Part shown: piece after piece, positions 50,599 to 62,458 of the stretch
Layout of the letters: each line of letters begins with the position of its first letter
Position numbering within the stretch: the first letter of the stretch is position 1
From: Mobula hypostoma
Taxonomy: Eukaryota
Reading direction: 5' to 3'
Length of the DNA stretch: 64,000 nt
Assembly: GCF_963921235.1 (NCBI RefSeq)
Contig: NC_086109.1
Location: 10,046,001-10,110,000, forward strand
Position numbers and translations under genes: made by a program
The notes under the pieces: model-generated
Told to the model about the DNA's origin: nothing
Seen by the model: the letters and a program-made list of their open reading frames with translations, nothing else
Databases searched by the model: none

Positions 50599-50935
50599 GT
50601 AAGGAGAATTGAGAATCAGAATCAGGTTGCGAAATTTGTTGCTTAGTGGCAGCAGTACAATGCAATACATAAAATATACTATAAATTACTATATATATAT
50701 AGTTATTATATATTATAACATATATAATTCTTAGAATTATTAAATCATAATTATAATAACCCTGCAGGCATGTACTATAATGGGACTTTTTACATTGGAG
50801 CATAGACAAACTAGAGGTGATCTCATAGAGATGTGAAAATTATGAGGTGCATAGACAAGGTGAAGGTGCACGTTGGCTGGGGAATCAAGGACTAGAGGGC
50901 ATAAGTCTAAGGTAAGAGGGAAAGGATTCAATAGG

Positions 50936-51536
50936 AACACACATAAAAGTTGCTGGTGAACGCAGCAGGCCAGGCACCATCTATTAGAAGAGGTACAGTG
51001 GACATTTTGGGCCGAGACCCTTCGTCAGGACTAACCGAAAGAAGAGCTAGTAAGAGACTTGAAAGTGGGAGGGGGAGGGGGAGATCCGAAATGATAGGAG
51101 AAGACAGGAGGGGGAGGGATGGAGCCAAGAGCTGGACAGGTGATAGGCAAAAGGGATATGACAGGATCATAGGACAGGAGGCCCAGGGAGAAAGAAAAGG
51201 GGGAGGAGGGGAAAAAGCCCAGAGGATGGGCAAGGGGTATAGTGAGAGGGACAGAGGGAGAAAAAGGAGAGAGAGAAAAAGAATGTGTGCATATAAATAA
51301 ATAACGAATGGGGTACAAGGGGGAGGTGGGGCATTAGTGGAAGTTTGAGAAGTCAATGTTCATGCCATCAGGTTGGAGGCTACCCAGGCGGAATATAAGG
51401 TGTTGTTCCTCCAACCTGAGAGTGGCTTCATCTTGACAGTAGAGGAGGCCGTGGATAGACATATCAGAATGGGAATGGGACATGGAATTAAAATGCGTGG
51501 CCACTGGGAGATCCTGCTTTCTCTGGCGGACAGAGC
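50936..51536 (-). mobile_element. Penelope-like element 3' end (GIY-YIG C-terminus, UTR, hammerhead-like motif) with 11-bp TSD
   Basis: PVATHFNS..H..LEEQHLIFRLGSLQPDGMNIDF; TSD gattcaatagg at 50925-50935 and 51537-51547, inside a CR1 fragment. Confidence 0.85.
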
Positions 51537-52977
51537 GATTCAATAGGGACACTTTACACCCAGAGAGTGCTTTGCTTTTTCAACGAGCCGCCAGAAGAAG
51601 TAGTTGGAGCAGCTCCATTAACTACATTTAAAAGGTACTTGGATAAGAAAGGTTTAGGGAAATGTGGACCAAATGCAGGCAGACAGGACTAGCTTAGATG
51701 AGAATTTCAACTGGCATGGACAATTTGAGCCAAAGGTCCTGATGCCTTGCCATACGACTCCACGACTATATGAGTTCTTGGAGGGTCTCTAGTAAATAGA
51801 ATGTAAGATGAGGATATTTTGTGGAACTTGCATGTCTTGTAGAGTAGCTGTGTACTTAAATATTTTGCAATGGGGAGCTCAAAAATAACCCAGAATATGA
51901 GACATAGATAATTGGTGATTGGTTTAATAGTGACACATGTATTGAGATAAAGTGAACAGCTTTCGTTTGCGTGCTACCATATAGTTCATTCCATAGGGAA
52001 ATACATTAAGGTAGTACAAAGTGCAGACAAAAACAGGAATGCAATAGTGTTGTAGTGATATGCTATATATATAGATAGATAGATATTGCAATTTTCTATA
52101 GATTTCACGTGCATTTTCTCAAAGCCCTTGCATTGTATCTGTATCTATCAATAGAGAAGGCAGTGAGACCTGGGATTAGCAATGGGAAAAGACAGATGAC
52201 AATCAGATGCACAAGGCAAAACAATGCAGTACCAGTGGACTGTGACAGATTCTATCACTGCCCAAGGTCCACGTCCGGTGCCTAGCCATGTCTAACAATG
52301 ATCAGGCAAAACACCTGCTGGCACGGTTAGCATAACGCTTCACAGCACCGGCTGTATCAGACCAAGGTTTGATTCCTGCCACTGTACAATCCCTGTAACC
52401 GCGTGGGTTTCCTTTGGGTGCTCTAGGTTTCCTCTCACATTACAAAGACGTATGGTTAGGGTTAGTAAGTTATGTTGGCACTGGAAGCATGGCGACACCT
52501 GCAGGTTGCCCCTGGCACAATTCTCACTGAATTAATTTACATGTGATAACTAAGGTAATCTTTCTTTCTTTGACTGTTAACAATTCAAGTTTTATGATAG
52601 CCCTGTTTTATTTCTGCAAATAGACGCTGCTATCCATAACTGGGAAATCAGGCACTCACTTGGCACTACATAATAAAGGCTTTGAAGAGGTCTATCCCCT
52701 ATAATTATACTGGGTAGGCAGTCTCAACCAGTCTTTGGTTTTCACTCTCTCCTTCCCTGATCTCTCCCCCTCCAAATAAAGTTCACATCACCGCACATGT
52801 AATTGTGGTTAAAGGATTAATTTTCTTTTTTTGGCTCGCACTCAGCTTACATATTGATGGCATGTGTTGCTTTTGCCAGTTTTGGCAAATATTATTCTTC
52901 TGGGGAAATATTATTCTTCTAAGTCCTTTGACCGCAGAGTAACTGAATTCACGAGTCACTCCTTTACTCACTTGAGT

Positions 52978-53048
52978 AGCAGAATAGCGCAGTGGAAGTG
53001 TGCTTGGCTCATAAACCAGAGGTTGTGGATTGAAACAATCCTCCGCTA
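52978..53048 (+). pseudogene. Decayed initiator tRNA-Met (CAT) copy
   Basis: AGCAGAATAGCGCAGTGGAAGTGTGCTTGGCTCATAAACCAGAGGTTGTGGATTGAAACAATCCTCCGCTA is colinear with vertebrate tRNA-iMet (AGCAGAGTGGCGCAGCGGAAGCGTGCTGGGCCCATAACCCAGAGGTCGATGGATCGAAACCATCCTCTGCTA), with about 11 substitutions and 1 deletion; no oligo-T terminator follows. Confidence 0.85.
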
Positions 53049-56000
53049 TACCCCGTGTTGGCAACAACATTTATCCATCAGGGTATTAAGGGGTGGCACA
53101 AATGCGTAGCGATTAATGTAACATTATTACAAGCACCAGTGACCCGGGTTGATTTCCACCACTGTCCGTAATAGGTTATACGTTCTCCCTGTAACCAAGT
53201 GGGTTTCCTTCGATGCCCCTGTTTCCTCCCACAATCCAAAGACATACAGTTAGTGGGTTAATTGGTCACATGAGTGTAATTGGGCAGTGTGGGATCATTG
53301 GGCCAGAATGATCAGGTACTGCACTGTAGTGCTAAATAAAAAATACATTAAAAATGAGTCAGAAAGCAGTATCGTTGGAGAAAGTTTGAAATGCTTGCAC
53401 TTTATAAAAAGCAGTCCAGATAATGTCAGCATAGTTTGTTGAGATTTGCCTTATTTGTTAATGGCCACCATGGAACTTGGAAGAATATCAGAGCTCAGCA
53501 CTGAGAAAAGTCATTGCAAAACCTGGTAGTTGTGGTGAGACTTCCCAGTTCATCCCGCTGGATGTAATGGATTTCAGTTGGACAGATGTAGTTTTCCAAA
53601 ATTAAATACAACATTTTGTGGCTCATGTAATGGTCGAGATAAACCAGCCTGCTGTGAACCGCATCACTGGAGGCATTCTTTGTGGCATGGTGGTCAGAAC
53701 ACAGACAGGTCTCTGTCTCTTTTAGGAATTCTGGAGTTCTTCCAAGAGGGATGTGGGATGCTTCTGCCCAGATATTGAGATTGGCTTTCATGCAGACGTA
53801 GCAGAAGGGACCCACTGCTTGATTTCACTGCTGCATGCTGGGAAGTTCCACTGATGTAAGGGTACCACAAGGCCTAACTTAGTAAATTGGTTTATTATTG
53901 TCATATGTATTGAGATACAGTGAGATACTTTGTTTACATGCCATCCATACAGATCATTTCATCACATCAGTGTATTGAGGGAAAACAAGAAGAGAATACA
54001 GGATAATGTTAAATGTGCAGAGAAAATGCAGTGAAGGCAGCCAATAAGATGCGAGGCCATAATGAGGTAGATTGTGAGGCCAAGAGTCCATCTTATCATA
54101 CGTGGGGACCATTCAATAGTTTTATAACTGTGGGATAGAAACCAAAGCTTGGTGGTACATGCTTTCAGGCTACATCTGCACAACAACCAACGGGAGGAGG
54201 AAAAGGGAGAAATTCTGGTGTGGTTGTGGTCTTAGATTATTTTGGCTGTTGTAATGAGGTAGTAAGTGTAGAGTCCATAGAGGTGAGGCTGGCTTCCATG
54301 ATGCACTGAGCTGTGTCCACAAGTCTCCGCAGTTTCTTGCAGCTAGGGCAGAGCAGTTTCCATACTCCATCTCCCAAGACTGCAGCAAATTTCTACACAG
54401 GTACCGTGGAGAGCATTCTGACTGGTTGCATCACCGTCTGGTATGGAGGGGCCACCACACAGGATTGGAAAAAGCTGCGGAGAGTTGTAAAATCAGCCAG
54501 CTCCATCATGGGCATTAGCCTCCCCAACATTGAGGACATCTTTAAAAGGCTTCTTCCTCAAAATGGTGGTATCTGTCATAAAGGACTCCATCACCCAGGA
54601 GGGGGGAGAGGAGCCTAAAGACACACTCAATATTTTAGTAACAGAGTAAAACATTCCGAAGAACCCTCCACCGTCAGATTTCTGAATGGACATTGAACCC
54701 ATGTCCTCTGCCTCTCTTTATTTTTGCCTTTTTTTGCTTTCTTTTTGTACCACTTATTTAATTTAATTATAAATATATATTTTGGGCAGATGGGGCTTGT
54801 CAGCCATGGTTGTCAGTTCATCTAGGAAAAGGAAATCTCTGATCCCAAACCCCTGCTGCCTTGCGGCTATATGCACTCATGGGGAAGGCTTCAGGAGTGA
54901 ACCCCGAGGAAAAATCTGGAGCTGGCATCCCTAAGGCAGTCCTACGTTGAGTTTAACGCTAACTGGCAACTCCTGCAATGCCGCTGGGTGCCAACCTGTA
55001 TCAGTCTCTGCCGTTCCTCTGGATTCATCAACTGCATGGAGAGGGGATGCCTACGACATGGACAACAGCTTGCTCTCCCTATCATACTGCCCTGGCTGGG
55101 GTACTGGCTTGCATATCATGTAGACAGGTGGCATGTAACATCCATGGATGACCTGGTTGGTGAGGATCAAAGGGGACATGACAAATTTCTTTTGCCTCCC
55201 AAGTAAGGAGAGGTACTGGTGCTACCTTGGTCCTTGACCATAATCCCAGATCAAAGGAGCTGAGAGAGCCTGCCAAATGAGGACCTTAAAAAAGGCAAAC
55301 AATCTATTAGTTGGTCCTCTGCTAATCTACGCAGAGACTTGCTGGCTGTTGCTTTAGGCCATTACCCAGTCACCCTCACAGTTTGTCAATCGTCAGAATT
55401 ACTGGGGCTCTCAGAGCAGTTCGTTTAACAAGCTGTGGGAAGGGCACAAAGAGCACACAAAGGCATGTGGGTAGGTTAAGTGAGAAGCTAACAGATGGAG
55501 TACAGTGAGGGGTTATGCAATTTGGAAGGAAAAAGGAAAATGCAATTAAAGAAATGCATAGAAACAGCCCCTTCATTCAACCAGTCCATGCTCACCTAGC
55601 TGCCCAGCTAACCTAGACCCATTTACCAATGTTTCACCTTCATCCCTCTACACCAGAGTTCCCAACGTGGGGTCCACAGACACCTCGGTTAAGAGTAGGG
55701 GACCATGTTATAAAAAAGTTGGGAACCCAGCTCTATCTATGTGCTTGTCTATGCGCCTTTTGAATGATGTTATTTCATCTCCCTCAGCCACTTCCTCTGG
55801 CAGCTCTTTCAAGTTCAAGTTTAATTCTCATTCAACCATACACATGTTCAGCCAAATGAAACAATGTTCCTCTGGAGTCAAGGCGCGAAACACAGTACCG
55901 GCAGTCACACACAGCACAGCACAGAGCGCATACAGCACATATAATTACAAAGGCAAAAAAAACAGTCACAAAAAATAGTATGGCCCCAGTCCCTGATTGG

Positions 56001-56687
56001 TGCCTGGGATGTTGTCCACATATGGGGCCATGCTCTAGGTGAAAGAATTCCTATTAGATCTCACCCTTCTCACCTTAAGCCCATGCCCTCTAGTTTTTGA
56101 TTCTCCAACACTGGGAATAAGACTGTGTGCATTCTCAATATCTATGCCCTTCATAATTTTATATTCATGAAACACTAAAGATTTGGGATGAACACTACCG
56201 TGCAAATATATAGCGAGGCTGTTTAAAACTTTTGCACAGTATTGTATTTGTTAACGTGGAGTGGAGAGTGAGTTTGTAAATCTGGCAGGAGCAAAGGATG
56301 TTGAGAATGGCGAGGGTGGAGCGACACGGGAGGGATGTGGGACAGGTGACAGAGAAAGAGTGTCAGGGACAGGGGTGGTGTGGGTGCAGACACATCCATC
56401 CCTGAGACACCAGGCAAGATCATTTGATTCCAAACAATTGGTTTACTGATCATTACAGAGTGTCTCTCTGATGCTTCCTCCCCTCTCCCTTCCTCTTTTC
56501 CTCAACCATGATTCCTGTCACCCTTCCCCTTCCCACTTTCAGTCCACAATAGAGACCCATATCAGAATCAAGTTTATCATCACTCACATATGTCATGAAA
56601 TTTGTTTTTTCTGTGTGGCAACAGTACAGTGCAATACATAAAATTACTACAGTACTGTGCAAAACTCTTAGACATCCTAGCTATATA

Positions 56688-57850
56688 GAAACCATAGAAA
56701 CCATAGAAACTACAGCACAGAAACAGGCCCTTTGGCCCTTCTTGGCTGTGCCGAACCATTTTCTGCCTAGTCCCACTGATCTGCACACGGACCATATCCC
56801 TCCATACACCTCCCATCCATGTATCTGTCCGATTTATTCTTAAATGTTAAAAAAGAACCCGCATTTACCCCTCGTCTGGCAGCTCATTCCACACTCCCAC
56901 CACTCTCTGTGTGAAGAAGCCCCCCCTAATGTTCCCTTTCCCCCTTCACCCTTAACCCATGTCCTCTGGTTTTTTTCTCCCCTTGCCTCAGTGGAAAAAG
57001 CCTGCTTGCATTCACTCTATCTATACCCATCATAATTTTATATACCTCTATCAAATCTCCCCTCATTCTTCTACGCTCCAGGGAATAAAGTCCTAACCTA
57101 TTCAACCTTTCTCTGTAACTGAGTTTCTCAAGTCCCGGCAACATCCTTGTAAACCTTCTCTGCACTCTTTCAACCTTATTTATATCCTTCCTGTAATTTG
57201 GTGACCAAAACCGAAAACAATACTCCAGATTCGGCCTCACCAATGCCTTATACAACCTCATCATAACATTCCAGCTCTTATACTCAATACTTCGATTAAT
57301 AAAGGCCAATGTACCAAAAGCTCTCTTTACGACCCTACCTACCTGTGACGACACTTTTAGGGTATTTTGTATCTGTATTCCCAGATCCCTCTGTTCCACT
57401 GCACTCCTCAGTGCCTTACCATTAACCCTGTATGTTCTACCTTGGTTTGTCCTTCCAACGTGCAATACCTCACACTTGTCAGTATTAAACTCCATCTGCC
57501 ATTTATCAGCCCATTTTTCCAGATGGTCCAACTCCCTCTGCAGGCTCTGAAAACCTTCCTCACTGTCTACTACACCTCCAATCTTTGTATCATCAGCAAA
57601 CTTGCTGATCCAATTTACCACATTATCATCCAGATCATTGATATAGATGACAAATAACAATGGACCCAGCACTGATCCCTGTGGCACACCACTAGTCACA
57701 GGCCTCCACTCAGAGAAGCAATTCTCTACCACCACTCTCTGGCTTCTTCCATTGAGCCAATGTGTAATCCAATTTACCACCTCTCCATGTATACCTAGCG
57801 ACTGAATTTTCCTAACTAACCTCCCATGCGGGACCTTGTCAAAGGCCTTA
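56688..57850 (-). mobile_element. Young CR1-type LINE RT/3' fragment
   Basis: 284-aa open frame with SGVPQGSVLGPLLFVIYINDLD, KFADDTKIGG; tandem tail (gtttctatg)n. Confidence 0.92.
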
Positions 57851-59721
57851 CTTAGATATATATGTATCTAAGACTTTTGCACATACTGCAGTGACAGCAA
57901 GAAATAAGAAATATTGGCTTACATTGGAAGGGTTCCCAAGTATAACTGCAGGGATATTTTGATGCCGTTTTATAGGGTAGTGGGGAGACCACACTTGGAG
58001 TAGCACAGACCGTTTTGGAATCCATATTTGTGGAAGTCTATATTAACCTTGGAAGCAGCATAGAGAAGCTTAACCAGGTTGAAATGACGGATCTGACATA
58101 TGAGGAGACGCTGAGCAGACTAGGCATACATTCTTCAGAATTTAGCAGAACTTAGTTGTGTAACATTCCAATGGGGAATGGTAGAGTGGATCCTGAGATG
58201 AGTTCCCCAGCGGGAGCATCTGGAGCTAGAGGGCATGGCTTCAGAATAAGGGATTGCTTGTTGAAAAAGGAGATGAAGAGGGATTTCTTCTCTCAGAAGG
58301 TGATGCCTCATTGGAATTCTATAATGAAAGAGCTGTGAAGAGTATCAAGATGTACATGGAAAAGGCAGGAAAGTGGGTTTGAGGGATTGATTAGGATAGC
58401 TCTTTCAGCTACAATGAGGGATGTCTGATCATTGTTCAGCAGAGCAGGCTGGAGGGGCTGAATGTCACTCCCATTATCCTTTCACATGATGAGGTGAAGT
58501 CATTGAACATAGTCAAGGTGGAGACTGACATTTAAACTGCAAAGGGAAATGAAGAGACCAGGAAAATGGTGCTGAGACCAAGACTGGGTCAGGCAGACAG
58601 ATTTGAGAGCTGAATAGTGGCACTGATTTGAATCTCGAAGCATATATAGATCCTTTATTTATTGTGATAGACACAAGTACCTGTATGCAAAGGTGCAATG
58701 AAAAACTTTCTTGGAGTAGCGTCACAGGCACGTTGCATCAAAAAAGCAGCATTCGCAATGAACTCATGCACAGGGCACAGTTTTTACAAGAAACAACAGA
58801 ATTAGAACAAATAAAATCTAAGTCCACTTTATTGCAAAAGTATCAAGTGATAATAGTGTTGCTGAACTGAGGTAGTGACTAGGAACTGTGCAATTATTCA
58901 TGACATGAATGAACCTTGAACCCGGTGGTAGGGGGTGTCGGGCTTCAGTACCTCCTGCCCTGTGGTAGCTGTGAGAAGATGATAGATGTTGCCTTCCTGA
59001 AGCAGCACCTGCTGGAAAGGCCTGAGTTATTGCCTGTAAGTTCAAGAACAGAAATGTTGACGGGGAGTAGCTGTTCTTGAACTTGTTGATGTGGGACTTC
59101 AGGCTCTGAACGTCCTGTCTGATGGTAGTCATGGACAGATGGAATGGCCTGGATAGTGGGGACCTTTGATGATAGACATCGCCTTCTTGAGCAAGCACCT
59201 CCCGTAGATACTACCGATGGTGGAGATGGATATACCCATGACTGGGCTGAGCCCACTACTCTCTGAAGCTTTTTGCCTTCCTAAACATTCACATTGCCGT
59301 ACTAGACCATGATGCAACCTATCAAGATACTTTCCATCTGTGGAAATCGGTGTGTTCACAGTAATGTACACTTAATGCATAATGGTAGTTCAGTGATCAC
59401 ATTCTTATCTACAAATTCAAGTCTTCTCAAGACCTCTGAGTACAAAATTCACAAAGGACTTGAAGACACAAGAGACCGCAGGTGCTGGAATCTGGAGCAA
59501 TAGGCAATCTGCTGGAGAAACTCAGCTGGTTGAGCAGTATCTGGGTGGGGAAAGGATGGGTTGAAGTCCTGCACCATGACTGAGAGTGAAGTAGAAGGTA
59601 CTCAGTGTAAAACCTTTTCACCCAAAGTCAGATCATTAGTTGCTTCAGATTCCAGGCATCAGCAATCTCTTAAGTCTTCTTATGACCCGCTCATGAATTT
59701 CTGAAACGTTGGAACCATCAC

Positions 59722-59868
59722 CTTTCACATGAGATGTTAGGCCCAGGTTCTGCCTGCCCACTCAGCTGGATATAAAACATTCCTCGCACACGATGACAAG
59801 GGAGAGTGGACAGGGTGTCTCTGGTGATGGAGAATGTTTACCCTTCAAGCAACATCAGACAAAAACTG
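59722..59868 (+). mobile_element. Ancient Deu-domain SINE remnant (SacSINE1/AmnSINE1-like)
   Basis: ctttcacatgagatgtta..ccaggttctgcctgcccactcagctggatataaaa..atgtttacccttcaagcaacatca resembles my recollection of the Deu-SINE central domain. Confidence 0.5.
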
Positions 59869-60766
59869 CCGTGGGAACTTGATGTGCACTACCATTTCTG
59901 TCTCGCAGCACATAAAGAGCAGAGCACTGACTGTAATTTATTTACTTAGAGATACAGTGTGGAACAGGCCTTTCCAGCTCAACAAACCGTGTCATCCAGC
60001 AACCCATCTATTTGACCTGAGCCCAATCACAGGGCAATTTACAGTGACCAATTCATAGTCTGTCTTTGGACTGTGTGAGGAAACCGGGGCATACAGAGGA
60101 AACCCACGCGCTCACAGGAAGAACGTACAAACTTTCTTACAGAGAATACCGGAATTGACCTCCCAACTCCTACACCCCGAGCTGTAATATACGCTACCGT
60201 GGCACCCTTAATGTATTAAGGGATGATGTGAGATGCAGTCTGTCAAAGGCCAGGGGGCATGGAAACTAAAGTAAATGAAGATTATCTTTAACTGTCACAT
60301 GTACATCGAAGCAAACAGTAAAATGTGTCATTTACCCCAACAACTAACGCAATCTGAGGATGTGCTGGGGACAGTCCGCAAATGCCACCATGCTTATGGC
60401 GACAACATAGCATGCCCACAACTTACTGACCCTAACCCATACGCCTTTGGAATGTAGGAGGAAGCCGGAACTACCCGGAGGAAGTGTACGCAGTCACGGA
60501 GACAACGTATAAAGTCCTTACAGGCAATGGCGGGAATTGAACCCCAATCTTCCAATCACCGGTGCTATAAAGTGTTACATTAACTGCAATGCTTTGTCAC
60601 CCCGGGGGGTGGGGGGGGTGATGTCTGGAAGTCTTGGCCCGCAAGAGTGGTGGAAGCAGAAAGCCTCCTCACACTTGGATGCCATGGAGTCAGACAGCTC
60701 AGGAACAGGCCCTTCGGCCCACCATATACATGCTGACCACCAGGTCCTATCTTCACTGACAGGACG

Positions 60767-61280
60767 ACTACCTGGTATGGAAGTTGTCCTGTCCAAGACC
60801 GGAAGAAGCTGCAGAAGATCGTGAACATGGCGCAGCATATCACACAAACCAATCTTCCATCCTTGGATTCACTCTACACTGCACGCTGTCGGAGCAGTGC
60901 TACCAGGATAATCAAGGACACGACCCGCCCAGCCAAATCACTTTTCGTCCCTCTTCCCTCCGGGAGAAGGCTCAGGAGCTTGAAGACTCATATGGCCAGA
61001 TTTGGGAACAGCTTCTTTCCAACTGTGATAAGACTGCTGAACGGATCCTGACCCGGATCTGGGCCGTACCCTCCAAATATCCGGACCTGCCTCTCGGTTT
61101 TTTTTCACTACCTTACTTTCCATTTTTCTATTTTCTATTTATGATTTATAATTTAAATTTTTAATATTTACTATAGATTTGTAATCCAGGGAGCGGGAAG
61201 CGCAGAATCAAATATCGCTGTGATGATTGTACGTTCTAGTATAAATTGTTTGGCGACAATAAAGTATGAAGTATAAAGTA
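60767..61280 (+). mobile_element. Rex1/L2-like LINE 3' end, young family
   Basis: WYGSCPVQDRKKLQKIVN..LPSGRRLRSLK..RFGNSFFPTVIRLLN; tail aagtat. Confidence 0.8.
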
Positions 61281-61617
61281 CTATTTCTATTTATTAACAT
61301 GTGGTCTTTGGCTTGCCGTGCCTTGGCAATTCAAACGCTCATATAAATGCTTCTTATATTTAATTACTATTTATTTATTTATCAAGAAACAGTGCAGAAT
61401 AGGCCCTTCCGGCTTTTTGAGCAATCCACTGATTTAATTCCAACCTAAACATGGGACAATTTACAATGACCACTTAACTTACTAACCGGTACATCTTTGG
61501 ATTGTGATGCCATGCAAGTAGGTGAAGAGTCCTGAACAGTAGGGCTACAGACATACTGAGATAAGGTTGGGCAGTGCTAAATTGGTAAATTGGTTTATTG
61601 TTATCACAAGTAACAAG

Positions 61618-62014
61618 TACTACTACTACGTCGACTCAGGCCTAGGGGGCCAGCGTCGGGCACGATGATGGACTCTCCACTTCTCCCTCTCCCTCATCAG
61701 TGTGTTCAGTTCATCTACATTAGCCGCACCGCTGTCTTCTAGGAGCGTGTTGACCATAGTCTTGGGAGGGCGCCCAGAGTTCATCCTCCCGTGCTTGGGC
61801 TCCCATATGATGACCAGGCTGGCAGGTAGCTCAGGGTGGCGTAGACAGTGCACCGCTAGTTGCAGTCTTCTCACCTTCGATTTTAGTGGTGAGCATTGGT
61901 GGGTCGTTATAGAGCTCGACATCCATCATGTGCTGTTGCCAACACATGTCAAGAGCCATCCGGAGCATTCGTGTATAGCAACCATCTAAAGACTTTCGCA
62001 TAGTAAGTATGCGA
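61618..62014 (-). mobile_element. RTE-type LINE 3' fragment with (agt)n tail
   Basis: LDGCYTRMLRMAL, HCLRH, GRPPKT motifs; TSD aagtaacaag at 61608-61617 and 62015-62024. Confidence 0.75.
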
Positions 62015-62193
62015 AAGTAACAAGATATAGTGAAAAACTTTGTCTCACATGCCATGCCCATAGATTATTTCTTTACAACAGTGCATCAAGATAGTACACG
62101 GGAAGAGCAATAACAGAATGCAGAATTCCTCCCACATTCCAAAGACATATGGACCTGCTCCTAAATTTCTTAATTAGGGGATTTTAACTGGAT

Positions 62194-62458
62194 AAAGGAA
62201 AGGAAAGGTACGTCGCATCCGGAGTTTCTCCGGTTAGCGGACAATTTCCCTCCACGCCTCTCTGACGTAGTGGGGAACTGCACATGAGGCAAGTTACAGC
62301 GGTGGTTTGCCATTGCCTTCTGCTGGGTGAGTTTCCAAAGAGACTACCAGCTCGTAACCCAGCACGGATGGTAAGTGTGCAGGGGAGCCGGCTGGACTCG
62401 AACTCGGGACCTTTCGTCCCAAAGTCCGGCACTGATGCCACTATGCCACCAGTCGGGA
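62194..62458 (-). mobile_element. tRNA-headed SINE with RTE-like motif and (ccttt)n tail
   Basis: Head tggcatagtggc..gagttcgagtcc; gaaggcaatggcaaaccac motif; flanking cttaattag at 62169-62177 and 62459-62467. Confidence 0.65.

Noticed and set aside
49579..50646. ORF-track 355-aa hyaluronidase taken as a complete single-exon gene
   Set aside because: The first ATG lies upstream of a polypyrimidine acceptor, the tail (VRRIENQNQVAKFVA) reads through a GT donor into a repeat, and the C-terminal GH56/EGF-like part is absent.
53495..53815. 106-aa minus-strand ORF in unique sequence; also checked as a possible next hyaluronidase exon
   Set aside because: No recognisable domain and no TIGESAALG-like motif in the frames I read.
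56926..57780. 284-aa reverse transcriptase ORF as a retron/DGR or host gene
   Set aside because: Typical 5'-truncated CR1 ORF2 with a CR1 tandem tail.
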